A DNA stretch of 64,000 bases, from contig NC_047062.1 of NCBI RefSeq assembly GCF_902459465.1, forward strand, positions 29,078,001 through 29,142,000, given 5' to 3'. The stretch comes from Asterias rubens (lineage: Eukaryota). Position 1 is the stretch's first letter, and every line of letters begins with the position of its first letter. Shown here piece after piece: positions 11,809 through 23,825 of the stretch. The translations under genes and the position numbers were made by a program. The notes below the pieces were generated by a model. It worked only from the letters and a program-made list of their open reading frames with translations, made no database searches and was not told the origin of the DNA.

Positions 11809-12628
11809 TCAAATGTAACTTCAACATTGAAACTATGAAACTATATTAATTTCAAAAAGTTTAAAAACTACATACATTTACATTTATCTTGTATTGTAAA
11901 AGTCTGTACCAATAATTATGTACTATTATGTACTATTGGAAAAGTGCAAAGAATCAAGATCTTGAATGATATAAAAAGTGAATGCAAAGAACATGTAACA
12001 TCAAAATCTTAGGGCCTAACTTCAATGAGTATTCTGCACTTAAAAATCACCATTCTATGCTAAAAGGTGTTGATACCAAATGTCTGCTTACATGCCGATA
12101 GTTTATCCCTTTAGAGACCATAGCAGTGGCAAGCAGCAATTACTAACATCCCCATATTGGCTCACTACAAACGACTACAAGGTTTGACCTACATTGGAAT
12201 TCAAATAGGTCAAAGTGCAATTTTATAAAGGTCACGTTTTGGACATGATAATTCCCATCTAACTATACATGCATTTAAAAACAAAACCAAAGTTCTGTTT
12301 TAAAAGAAAACATTTTTCAGACATTTTACTGGACAAGTTTGGTCAACAAATCGACCTGTAGGTATATTTGTGTGCTTGATGATTATGCGTGAATGAATGG
12401 TCTCTGAAGAATAAATAGAATATTTTCTTTTAGTATATGAACATACAGTACTTCTAGAAACTATAATACTTTGGATTTCTGTGAGCCTTATAGTTTCTAA
12501 ACGAAACACATGTACGGGCCAAGTTTGCTGAAAGAATTGTCGGCTGACATAAATTTTTGTAGAAGTTGCCACGAATGAAACAATGTGGTTTAAATGTTCT
12601 TCTTTTGGTCTCGGAATGTCGCTGTCTT

Positions 12629-13165
<537 letters not shown>

Positions 13166-13619
13166 TCAATGCAATCTTGTAGAGCTTTGCTGAAAGAGAA
13201 CAAAGAAATACAAGATGTGTAGTATTAAGTAAGGTACAGTTACTTTGAAAGAGAGTTGAGATAAAAAGCAATGATTTAATAACATCCCATACTAGCATTT
13301 ACCCTTCCTAGATAATTCATAACCAATTCATAGATAAACCCTGGTTACTCGATCGACCTAGAACTATGAGGTTCATTCCACGATAAAGGAACGAACCTTC
13401 TCCTCATATGTCATAGGAGTAAACCTGACTGAGACAGATTTTCTGTTTTTGATCTTGATTTTGATGAAATAATTGATTATAAGCTCCAACTGAACTGGAG
13501 CATGCAACTCATCTCAATAAGTAACTATTAAAGCCATTTTCAACTAAAACTTTCACTCACTCAGTGAACATGTGATTTTTGTTTACTGTAAAATTTACAT
13601 TTTGTGTATTTCGGAAAAG

Positions 13620-13737
13620 TTTCCGTATGGCGCCACCACTTTTTCACTCGAAATAAAATAATATAGTATCTAATTTACCTGATTGATATATCCCTTTTTG
13701 TAAAAATGAGTGAAAAAGTGGTGGCGCCATATGGAAA
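13620..13737. mobile_element. Short TIR element (MITE)
   Basis: TTCCGTATGGCGCCACCACTTTTTCACTC and GAGTGAAAAAGTGGTGGCGCCATATGGAA. Confidence 0.7.
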
Positions 13738-14037
13738 GTTATCCTGTATTTCTTTATAAATGATTTCCCATACTTCCTAGTAATGTTTTAATCATAATTA
13801 AGTTGTGTAGAAGACATAAACTAAAAGATGACCGTTCGATTTCAGATTCAGAGCAGAACAAAAGAGAGCAAAGGTCGAGGGAGCTAGGTAGGAGAGGCAA
13901 CCGGCATGCACTAAAGATAGGGTTAACAAATTCATGCTTTGTTATAAACAAAAACCCATTCATGTATCTCAAACGAAACCTCAAGTAAGCCTAGGCCTAA
14001 CCTAACTTAAAACATTGTCTAGCTGGCTCTTACTTAC

Positions 14038-14605
14038 CCCCTTCAGCTATTCGTAGAGTTGTTAAAATCAAAGCTAGCAGCAATAAAAGCAGCTGACCGG
14101 CCGGTGAATTTGTGTCACGTCCTATTTCAAGATCTGCACAATTTCCAAAACTGCGCATAGTCTAAAAAAAATAACAAAAATGCGCGCGCAAAATGAAATT
14201 TGACTGAAAAATAGATTAATTTTATCTCACTATTTTTTGGTTTTCTTCTTCTTCATGATAACAATGGTTTATATGTATGACGCGGTGTTTGAATGTTACT
14301 TGAATTTTGCGTCCCCATTTATATTTTTGGAGATCAAAATTGTGCGCGCAATTTTGTATCATCCTCGCTTTAGAAAATTGCGCACAATAATCACAGCTGT
14401 TTTTTGTTTTCTTTTGTTTGAAGCTAGCCGCTATTTTGTGCCAGAACTTTCATCCACGGATTTTAGAACCCATGCAGTACAAGGCGGTGAAATTTTTGTA
14501 TCACTCAACTTTTTCACTGGACACTACTGGACATTGAGGGCGTCGAATGATAAACTTTACACTGCACCACTACTATACACCCGGCCCACCCACCACAGTG
14601 AACAC
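14038..14605. promoter_or_regulatory. Probable bidirectional promoter with non-coding first exons of TMEM229B (-) and the gamma-lyase (+)
   Basis: Minus-strand donor GTAAGT at 14037-14032 and plus-strand donor GTAAGT at 14606. CpG-enriched GCGCGC/TGCGCA motifs lie between them. Matching acceptors are at 13146/13145 and 15214/15215. Confidence 0.55.
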
Positions 14606-15223
14606 GTAAGTACTACTACTAGGTCGACAGTTTAGGTTTCCCATTTTATCTGTTTAAATTCTAACTCATATGGTTTAAGCAAGGTAGTGTTAAAAATTAA
14701 TTGATTATGTTTATACCGTTTTTAGATGTTACTTGATTAAACAAATTAAACAAAAGCAGTCGGACGTAAGTTGTGACTTGGATTTGGAGTAGGACTCGGA
14801 ATGGAGCATGATCCATGAATGATGATGCCGATGAAGCAATAATAACATGAGTAATTGCTCCATGGTCATGAATCATCATGATTGGAGTCAGCATATAGAG
14901 TAAGGTTGGTGTGTGCATGGAGTGTGCTTGCATGGTGCAGGACAAAATGTAGTGCAGTGCCAGTGGTGCTAAAAACAGCGGGGCAGGTAGTAGATCTGGA
15001 AGGACTGCACCTGCCGTCTGTGAGCAGTCCAGGATGGAGGCGCCGTCGACAAGTTGCTGAGGAGAGCATTCCAGAGACATGACCGATTGTTAAAAAAGAG
15101 AGCCATGCATGACGAAGAAGTTGAACAAACACTACGTACATGTTTATCCCAACAACTATTATGGCTTAAAGTTTCTCGTTGTTTTCTCTCATCGGTTTCA
15201 TCTTCTCTTTATCAGAGCTAAAC

Positions 15224-18200
15224 ATGGCTGAAAACAGGAAGCTCAAAAGGGTGCCCTCCAGCATTCAAGATTCTGGGGGAATCAAAGATCCAGCGGAAGC
15301 GCTCCGTCGTGCGACGGAGACGCACCATTTTGATCCAGAGACAAGTCTTGAAACTAAAGCTGTATGCGCCCAGCCTGAGCTTAAAGGGCAGGGGCTAACT
15401 TTTCCCGTAGTGCCCTCTATCAGTGTTGCATCTACATACAGAATCAATCGAGTCGATGAGTATAATGATTGTCTAAAGGTAAGTTTGGGATGTGTGCTAG
15501 TTGCTAGGATCTGGGCCCACTGAGCAAGTATTTTGTGCCTCAGCAGAGCCTTCTCACCAACGCCACATTTCTACAGCAGTGGGGCAGGTTACTCAAGCTT
15601 GATTCTGTAGGTTTAAGTTCTGTAAGTGCTATGTAGCATTATACAATTGTTGCACGCTGTGGCAGGGTCCATGGTTTGTCCACTCGAGGGGGCAGGCCTA
15701 GGATGCCATTGCCCCTGAGGGTGTACTGTACAAAACCCATGGACCCTGTCACAGCGTGCAACAATTGTTTTCCTTTACCATGGTAATAAAAAAACAAACA
15801 TTACATGTGCCAAATATGTGCAATGAGAGCAGATAATAAAACTTTGTCCAAAACATTTTGCTTCACTATTCCCGACGGCACAACACGGAGGAGTGTAAGT
15901 GTCGTGGGTATCGAACCCAAACTCTGCTGCTGACAACACAAGTTCGTGTGAACTAGTATTCTGCTTGGCCACAGCGTGTCATGTGTTCTCATTGCTTACT
16001 TCCATCTAAATGAAAGATGAAACATTCAAAAAAACCTTTTACCCCAAAAACAAAAATATTATTTTGTATAATGTTACAACTTATGTGATTGTGTACATTT
16101 GGTTTGCGGTAACACCATATGTGTATCTACTTGCCAGGTAAAGTTTGTTCTTAGAGAACTGTCTTGCTTTATTCTACTGCCGCGGAGTAGATAATCGGGG
16201 GTTTGGGAGACTTCTCAGTTCTGAAAAGAACTGTCCTGCTTTTAACGTTTACCTGGGCGGATGGTATAGAAAATAGACTGGGACTACTGCTTTAGCTTTA
16301 TATAGGATCGTAATTAACTGTACTGCCGCAGAGTCAGTTCTGAATTGGTCTCAACGTTTTGACTAGCTTGCTCTAGTCATCGTCGGGAGACTGACAAACT
16401 TAACCTGGCAAGTAGATACACACATTGTGTTACCGCAAACCAAATATACATTGATACCTCACCATGCAATGCCTCGAATCCTATAAACTTATGTGATCTT
16501 ATCTTCCTTATAGGATGGCTACATATACAGCAGGATCGGCAATCATTCCTGTGAGTCAGCCGCTCATGCCATTAACACTCTGGAAGGAGGCCTGGGTACT
16601 TTGGTGTTTTCCTGCGGCATGGGAGCCATTACAACCACCTTACTGACTCTGCTGAAGGCTGGTGACCATGTGGTAAGATACGTTATGCTGAGACTCAAAA
16701 TGATAAACAATGAAGCTTTGTTGTGTGTAATCATTCAAGCCATAGTCTTCAACTAAACTGTTTTTATTCAGACACCTCGGTTACCGAAGTATTGGCCAAC
16801 CAGTCACAAGTACAGACTGTGACCACGTGAATATTCCGGCGCGGCATAGCTATACTACCGACGCTTAACCCAGAGCACTGCTTGGTAAAAGTTTGACCTG
16901 ATTCATTGCACAACAGGAAACATTGTAGATGCTGAATTCTCCCCAGGATTGGTCAAAATTGTTGGGTATTCTAGACACGAACTTTGGTAGCAAAGCAACC
17001 TGAATTGAAACGAGGTCATCAGAGTGTTTTCTACTTGGTGTTTATCTTGGTTTTAAAAGCCCTACCGTGCAATCTGGTACATTCTTAATGGTTTTATCTT
17101 GAGAAAACAGAATTACTGGTTGCAACCTGCTTACCAACCAAAAGGACTTGTTTACTTTGTGCATAAAATTTAATTTGATTTAGTCTGGTTGTGAAGCCAA
17201 GGACTCTGAGAAAATAACCCAATTGAGAGAAGACAAGGAAGGATGTTTCAGTTTTAGATGAGGGAGTAAAACCCAAGAGATTTGTTCCAGGGTAAACCCA
17301 TGCAGTTAGGTAGGGACTGAATTGGAAGGCGAGGAATAATCAACGCCAACTCGACCACCCAAAGTAGTTAATGACTGTTTGACCTTAACAGACTCTCTCT
17401 CTCTCAAAGGCTAAAACCATTAAGCTAGACTCTGCTAGGGTCAAACCTCAGGGGTTTAACTTGTTTAAACTCTAACCTTTGTTTTCTTCCATGGTCTAGA
17501 TCGCACCAGATTCTGCATATTCTGGCACTTACTCCGTCATGAAAACCATGCTTCCGAATTACGGTATCGAGGTTTCATTCATCAAGGCATGTGACGTTGA
17601 AGAGTACAGGAAAGCAATCAAACCAAACACCAAGTTATTCTACGGTGAAACACCCTGCAACCCATGCTTAGGTGTGCTTGACTTGAAGGCATTTGCTGAC
17701 GTCACTAAGACTGTCCCCAGTGCCATCAGTGTAGTGGACTCCACCTTTGGGTCCCCAATCCTGCAGCGCCCTCTGGAGCTTGGTGTTGACGTTGTCGTTC
17801 ACAGTTGGTAAGATTATAACAAATCTAACCACAAAACTTTACAGACTACACAGGGACTTGAATGTAAGTCTAGCGGCTAAGAGCACCTAACTCAAACTCT
17901 GGTGTTTCTGATCAGCAGAGTGTAGCTTCGAATGTAAAGCTGTTAGTCACGTGTGTTGCGTAACGCACATAAAAGAAACCAGTGCACTTGTGTTCCTGGT
18001 TTTTACATTGTCTGAGCTCACGCGCATGTTTTAACAAACAAAGAACAGCTATCGTTCAATTTGCTATTTGCTTCCAGGGGATGCCCCTTTGAAGCATGTG
18101 AGATGTCCCATGCAAGGGGTTGTTCGTTTTTGGAACGCGGTCAAATGTCAAGAAATGGATTGGTTTGCTGGACATTGTTTACCAAACACAACTTTTCCTG

Positions 18201-21200
18201 TTTGCTTTTTCCATATGTATATTTCCTTCTGTTTATATCTTGCCACAGTACCAAGTACATGGGTGGACACAGTGACATTGTTGCAGGTTCTATGAGCACC
18301 AAGGATGAAGAGATTCTATATGGGATCAAAGCGTTTCAAGGACAAACAGGAAGCTGTCTGGTATGTAGTCAAAGATAATAATAATAATAATAATTTGGGG
18401 GGCTAATCATTCTTACTCGCAGCTAAGAGCTGAATTGCGAAGGATGCGGCTACAGCGTGTTCGAGAAGCAGGCATGCAAGGGCGCCTTTGGCTGCCAGCC
18501 ACATCAACCCATTATGACCACGGAGCACAGCCAAGATCGAAAGTGTTTGATTTTTCCAGAGGGAGGAAAACCGGATGGTCTGGAAAACCCTTGTGGCACA
18601 GCAGAGAACCAACGCATAACTCAACTCACATATGGCCCCGGCTGGGAATCGAACCGAGGTCACCTTGGTGAGAGGCGAGCGCATTACGCAAACGCCAACC
18701 ATGACACCCTGAAAGCCTCTCATTAAAGTGTAGAATTCTCACAGCTGAACACAGCAGACGCATAACTCAATTCACATATGGCCCCGGCCGGGAATCGAAC
18801 CGAAGTTACCTTGGTGAGAGGCGAGCGCATTACGCACACGCCAAGGTCACCTTGGTGAGAGGCGAGCGCATTACGCACACGCCAACCATGACACCCTGAA
18901 AGCCTCTCATTCAAGTGTAGAATTCTCACAGCTGAACAGGGCCAATATTTATGGCCCTGTTTAATTGCTTAATTCTGCACTTACGATTCTCCACTTACGA
19001 TTCTCCACTTACGATTCTCCACTTGCAGGGCAAACACAAAAATTCTGCACTAAACGTTGATTGCCTAGTAAGCCAAAATTCCCAAAGGCTGAACAAATTT
19101 TCTAAGATGAGTGAACTCATTCCTGTTTTTTCGGTTGATATGTTTGGTTGATACAAAAAACTTAAATATTTGAATTAATTAGTGACTTTGTAGGTCAGCT
19201 ACGACTTGAGCAAGTTGGAGTGCCCACATTTAGTCGACCCTTGATTGACCACTGACCAGCAACGTATATCACAGGGACGCACTCTATTGCCTTCTGCCTT
19301 TTTTCTATAGTGTCACTGGTTCTCTTCTGCGCGTTGCACATGTACTGTTTAGCGAGGAACAGGCTATCAGAACGCTGGTTCCCAATTGTTGACCAAAGCA
19401 GTCAACACGTGGTCGACCACCCTAGGTTCGAGTCAAAATAGTGAGCCTATAGTTAACCATGGTGCACACTCGAACTTGCTCTAGGGTTTCGTTGCACATG
19501 GTTAACACATTTCTGCTATAAAATAATGAGCAAGTAAACCCATCTTGACCATGTTAGTGTTTGAATTTCCGACAGGCAAATAATGTTTTGTGCTGAGCTG
19601 ATTTTTGCACTTGAACATCTCTATGGAACTGAAATCAGAATTAGACTGTTTCCTACACCAAATAGCTAAAACTTTAATTCAAATTCTGAACTGATTGAAT
19701 TTTTATTTTATACTTTTTGCGCAGTCTCCGTTTGACGCCTTTCTGCTCCTACGTGGAATCCGCACTTTGCCCCTTCGTATGGAGAAGCACAGCCTAAACG
19801 GACTTAGACTAGCTCAGTACCTGGAACAACATCCAAAGGTGAGATAGTAGTTTCAAGTCATAACAAAAAGAAATTCTACAAGCTTGAGACATGCATTGAT
19901 GACATCAAGACATGGATGTTGGCAAACAGTCTCAAGTTAAACGACAGCAAGTCTGAATTCATCCTGTGTGGTTCTAAACAACAACTTGCCAAGTTCAATA
20001 TCCCCAGCATCAGGATTGGACACTGTCACATCTATCCTTCCAATAAATGTCGCAACCTTGGTATCACCTTTGACTCCCACATGTCCCACGTCAATCAGAT
20101 AGAAGCAGTGTGAAAATCAGTCAGATTTCATCTCCGTATTCTGGGCTTCATCCGAAAATATCTCAATCGTACCGCTACGGAACAAATAGTCCATCCATTT
20201 ATTACATCTCGCTTAGATTTCTGCAATGTATAACCTCCCGCAACACCAAATAAACAAACTTCAACGCCTACAAAATGCAACTGCTCGCCTCATCACCTTA
20301 ACCAGACGCTCCACCCATATCACCCCCGTCTTAAAGTCCCTCCACTGGCTTCCCATCATTGATCGCATCGCCTTCAAGATCCTCACTCTCGTTTTCCAGT
20401 CACTTCAAGGAAATTCACCGGACTACATGACAGACATCATCAGTCGACATCTACCGTCACGTAGCCTTCGTTCAAGCAGCGCCCTGCAACAGACTGTCCC
20501 CCGCACCAGTCACTCTTGGGGAGATCGGTCCTTTTCACATGCTGCTCCCAAACTCTGGAACAATCTACCCCTTGAAATTCGTCATTTTCGTTATTATTAT
20601 TATTATTATTATTATTAAATCAAAATGGTTTTGTTTATCATTCGGCAAAGACTTGCGCCCGTGGCTGCCTCATCCTCAAATTGCACACAACGCAAAGATA
20701 GAGCTTCATCGACCTCACTGAGGGCCCTGTCGTCCCAGTAAGGGCGTTGTTTCATGAGTCGTGCGATTTGGAACATGGTGATTTTAGTTGACTTGACCTT
20801 GGTACCTTTTATTATGGTTTATATTTTATTGTGAACTTTGTGAGTGCTATTGCATGTATGAGTTAGCATTGTTTTATACAGTATTATGGTGTTCATGTAT
20901 CTTTTTATCATATGGCTTTGATTTCAATTTTGCTTATTTTTACTGGAGAACTTTTTCTGAAACTTTTTCTGTGTATTTTTCTTACTGGTATTTGTACTGT
21001 TATGCGCCCTCGAACAGGCTGGTCCTTGAGAGAGCACAACATAAATTCATGTTTTTATTATTATTATGATCCATACTGTCCTACAGATAAGCCGAGTGTT
21101 CTACCCAGGTCTACCATCACACCCCCAGCATGACGTAGCCAAGAAGCAGATGTCTTCCTTTGGTGGTATGATCGTCTTTGAAGTAGCTGGAGGACTGCAG

Positions 21201-22901
21201 CCTGCTAAGACGCTGGTAGAAGTAAGTCGAGATTGAAACTTTACATGGTGGATGTAGAACCATAAGAGAGGTTTGCGGTAATACTCTTTTTGAGTAGTGT
21301 TTGTTCGGAAAAGGACCATGGCCAGTGGTTAACGACTCAACAATTAGTAAGCTCCCATCATTTCTCCTGAAGATGATTAGAGCATACTAAGCGAAACACT
21401 GAGTCGTTAACCACTGGTCCTTTTCAGAACCAACCTACTCAAAAAGAGTAGTTACCGCAAACTGGTGTTACTGCAAACCTCTCTTAGGTAGAAGTAAGTC
21501 ATTGAAAACAAGCTGCTCAGTATACAAATATGAAGACCAAAATGTGCATTTTTTTGTTTCTACTTCCTTTCTCTGGTGGAAATATGTTGTCAACGTACAG
21601 TGAGTTGCAAAAAACAAAGTGAGGTTCCTTTTATATTTGTCGTAAATAGTCATGAGAGTTGCATTTGGTTCACCAAGCAGGTATTCACGACTATTTTTTT
21701 GGTTGTAGTGGTGGCACGATTAACTGAGTAGCTAATAAACAGTAGTCGTGACTCGACTAAGCAATCAATAGTCAGGACTTCACTACTAGTCGTACTAGTC
21801 GCCCAGGCTTACACCTCGTATTATTTTGAGGGGTGGTATTATGTTTCTATTTGATTGTAATTTCTCCGGTCCACAGTCGTTGAAACTCATCACCCTGGCT
21901 GTGTCACTGGGTTCTACAGAGAGCTTGATTGAGCATCCAGCCACTATGACCCACGGCCCGTTACTCATGACTCCAGAAGACAGACAGAAAGGGGGTATCT
22001 CTGATGGGCTTGTACGACTCAGGTAACTTCTAGTCTTAATTCAAGGACCACTTTGTGGCCACCACCTCCATGACCTGTTCTCATTCCCTTCCTCCTGCCC
22101 TCAACACCCACCCCTCACACAAACACTTGGGTTGGGGAGGATGGATTATTCAGACAGTCGGTGAAATAAGGAAAATTAATTTGAAAGCAGGGCTACCAAC
22201 TCTCCCTGAATCTACAGAAAGTTCCCTGAAAACAATCTTTCAATGTTCTAATGGACAAATTTGATTATGGAAACGTTTTCCCTCAATATGTTGATTGTAA
22301 TTCTAACCTGACTGCAGGCCCATGAATTTCAAAATTAAAATGGCCTTGCCCTCTCCAAGATGACCTTTCCAGACCTGTGACTGTTGTACAAAATCCATAC
22401 AGTTATATATAAGAACTAGAGGGTGCACGAGTGATGCTTCGTGCACAGACACGACGGGACCGCAAGATGACAAGCGCGTCATTCTGCACTCGCGTTGAAT
22501 ATGAAATACACGTTTGAGGTTTTTTTATTGAACGCTCATGCGATGCTGTTTGTTCAACTTACAAAATGGCCGCACAAACACACGCTGTGAGATGCCAGTT
22601 TTGTCAACTTAGAAAATGGCCGCCTGCGCACATGCCGGAGCGCGTATATAGGCTAGTGCGCCCTCTAGTTCTTATATATAACTCTATGACAAAATCTCAC
22701 TGACTGCAAGTGTTCACAGCTCTGATTGAAATTGTACCCTTTTAATGATGTGTTATACACACTGTGTACTCTGTTCTTTCTGCATCCTACCTGGTTAGAA
22801 CTAAAATTGTTATGTTCACATTGTGGGTTTTTTTCAGTGTTGGTATTGAGAATTCAGTCGACCTCATCCGAGATCTGGAACAAGCTCTAGCTAAAGTGTG
22901 A
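15224..22901 (+). CDS. PLP-dependent Cys/Met-metabolism gamma-lyase (methionine gamma-lyase-like / cystathionase-like), about 430 aa
   Basis: Eight phase-consistent exons: 15224-15478, 16514-16672, 17500-17807, 18249-18360, 19725-19838, 21087-21221, 21877-22022, 22838-22901. Motifs: [39 protein letters not shown] (PLP lysine), [32 protein letters not shown]. Confidence 0.95.
15643..15768. repeat. Intronic 126-bp hairpin or small MITE
   Basis: 32-bp arms ACAATTGTTGCACGCTGTGGCAGGGTCCATGG and CCATGGACCCTGTCACAGCGTGCAACAATTGT with one G-T pair. Confidence 0.8.
16090..16490 (-). mobile_element. Family K Penelope-like repeat with inverted terminal segment and a decayed hammerhead motif (16350-16389, minus strand)
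   Basis: 16092-16138 is the inverted copy of 16403-16450. Minus strand reads CTC-CCGACGA-T-GACTAG-AGCAAG-CTAGTC-AAAAC-GTT-GAG. Confidence 0.6.
17875..18010 (+). mobile_element. tRNA-derived SINE fragment
   Basis: GCGGCTAAGAGCACCTAACTCAAACTCTGGTGTTTCTGATCAGCAGAGTGT matches the head of the 52877-53230 SINE. Confidence 0.65.
18380..18940 (-). mobile_element. tRNA-derived SINE with a locally duplicated head
   Basis: Minus strand reads GTAATGCGCTCGCCTCTCACCAAGGTGACCTCGGTTCGATTCCC...CATATGTGAGTTGAGTT...GGTTTTCCTCC. The GTCACCTTGGTGAGAGGCGAGCGCATTACGCA block appears three times. A related copy lies near 44725-44860. Confidence 0.7.
19875..20615 (+). mobile_element. 5'-truncated L2/CR1-group LINE fragment (RT C-terminus) in intron 5 of the lyase
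   Basis: [28 protein letters not shown] and [50 protein letters not shown]. There is an in-frame stop at 20111, and the fragment is followed by a (TTA)n run. Confidence 0.88.
21255..21485 (+). mobile_element. Family K palindromic element with a hammerhead-like motif (21364-21403) in its loop
   Basis: About 75-bp inverted arms (GAGGTTTGCGGTAATACTCTTTTTGAGTAG...CAGTGGTTAACGACTCA and TGAGTCGTTAACCACTGG...CTACTCAAAAAGAGTAGTTACCGCAAAC) enclose CTC-CTGAAGA-T-GATTAG-AGCATA-CTAAGC-GAAAC. Confidence 0.65.
22396..22688. mobile_element. MITE with CAT...ATG ends and an 8-bp TSD (P-element- or hAT-type)
   Basis: About 33-bp TIR CATA(C/G)AGTTATATATAAGAACTAGAGGG(T/C)GCAC. The direct repeat ACAAAATC lies at 22388-22395 and 22689-22696. 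Confidence 0.85.
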
Positions 22902-23009
22902 ATAGAAATTAAACACAGGTAACCGTGTTTATCCAGCAAGTTATTCAAATCAAAGAGTGACAGGATTCAGTTCTAACTCCAAAGGAAATGATTCTTCTGG
23001 ATCTGGATA

Positions 23010-23425
23010 AATATGATACACATATTGACTGGCAATGAGGTAACTAGTGTACGTCTATTGCCCCCGAGGGACTTTGAGTGACCAGAAGAGCGACCTGGGA
23101 AATAGGTCCCTATTCTGGTCACTCACAGGCCCGAGGGGGGATAGTCAGACACTAGTTATTGAATTATGCCAGTCAATATGCGTTTTATAACACACCTCGG
23201 ACTTAGAGATGTGAAATAAGAACAGAAATCTGGAAAAGAAAGAAAGTTTTATAGTTGCTGTTCACGGTTCACGTCAAGAGACCAGGCACTATTTTAAAAG
23301 ACTAGTGCCCGGCGGGCACTATTCCTGCAAAACACGAGCGCGCGATTACTAGACTATATTAGTTCACCCAACGTGACCGTGTTTCAGCCAGCCAGAATTC
23401 AGAACAAGCAAGAGGTGTGTTGTAA
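23010..23425. mobile_element. Composite fold-back / TIR repeat
   Basis: Nested inverted pairs CATATTGACTGGCA/TGCCAGTCAATATG, TAACTAGTGT/ACACTAGTTA and GAGTGACCAGAA/TTCTGGTCACTC, then TATAACACACCTC...GAGGTGTGTTGTA. Confidence 0.6.
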
Positions 23426-23679
23426 TTGCTCTTATTAGAGCAAAACGCTGTGTGGTTTTTACTTGCTAAAGGTGGGTGGTAACGGCTTCTTTAAAGGTTT
23501 TGATTGTCCGTGATGGATATGTTGTGTGGTGTTAATGTCTTCCTGCTTTTATGGCACATGAGTCTTATAATGTACCTATAAACTTATATAAATATATATT
23601 TTTTAAATAATGTTTTTTAGATCATAATTTAGTATGGTTCTTGTGATTGATTAGCTTAGTGCGCTACATATTTGGCAGC

Positions 23680-23825
23680 ACAGGCTGTATACTCCCCAGG
23701 GAGCTGAGATGGTTTAAGGAATGATTAAGGCCCAGTGACCAGGGATTATAATGTGGAAGCGCTTTGAGATGCTCTACGGGTGTATAAAGCGCTTTATATA
23801 AACCAACTTTGATTATTATTATTAT
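23680..23825 (+). mobile_element. 3' part of a SINE with an L2-like tail
   Basis: GGCTGTATACTCCCCAGGGAGCTGAGATGGTTTAAGGAATGA...AAGCGCT...(ATT)n is the reverse complement of 52877-53020. Confidence 0.75.

Noticed and set aside
14697-15141. GC-richer block with overlapping ORFs in the first intron of the lyase
   Set aside because: No recognisable domain or consistent splice sites. It may be a decayed retroelement fragment, but I cannot support a call.
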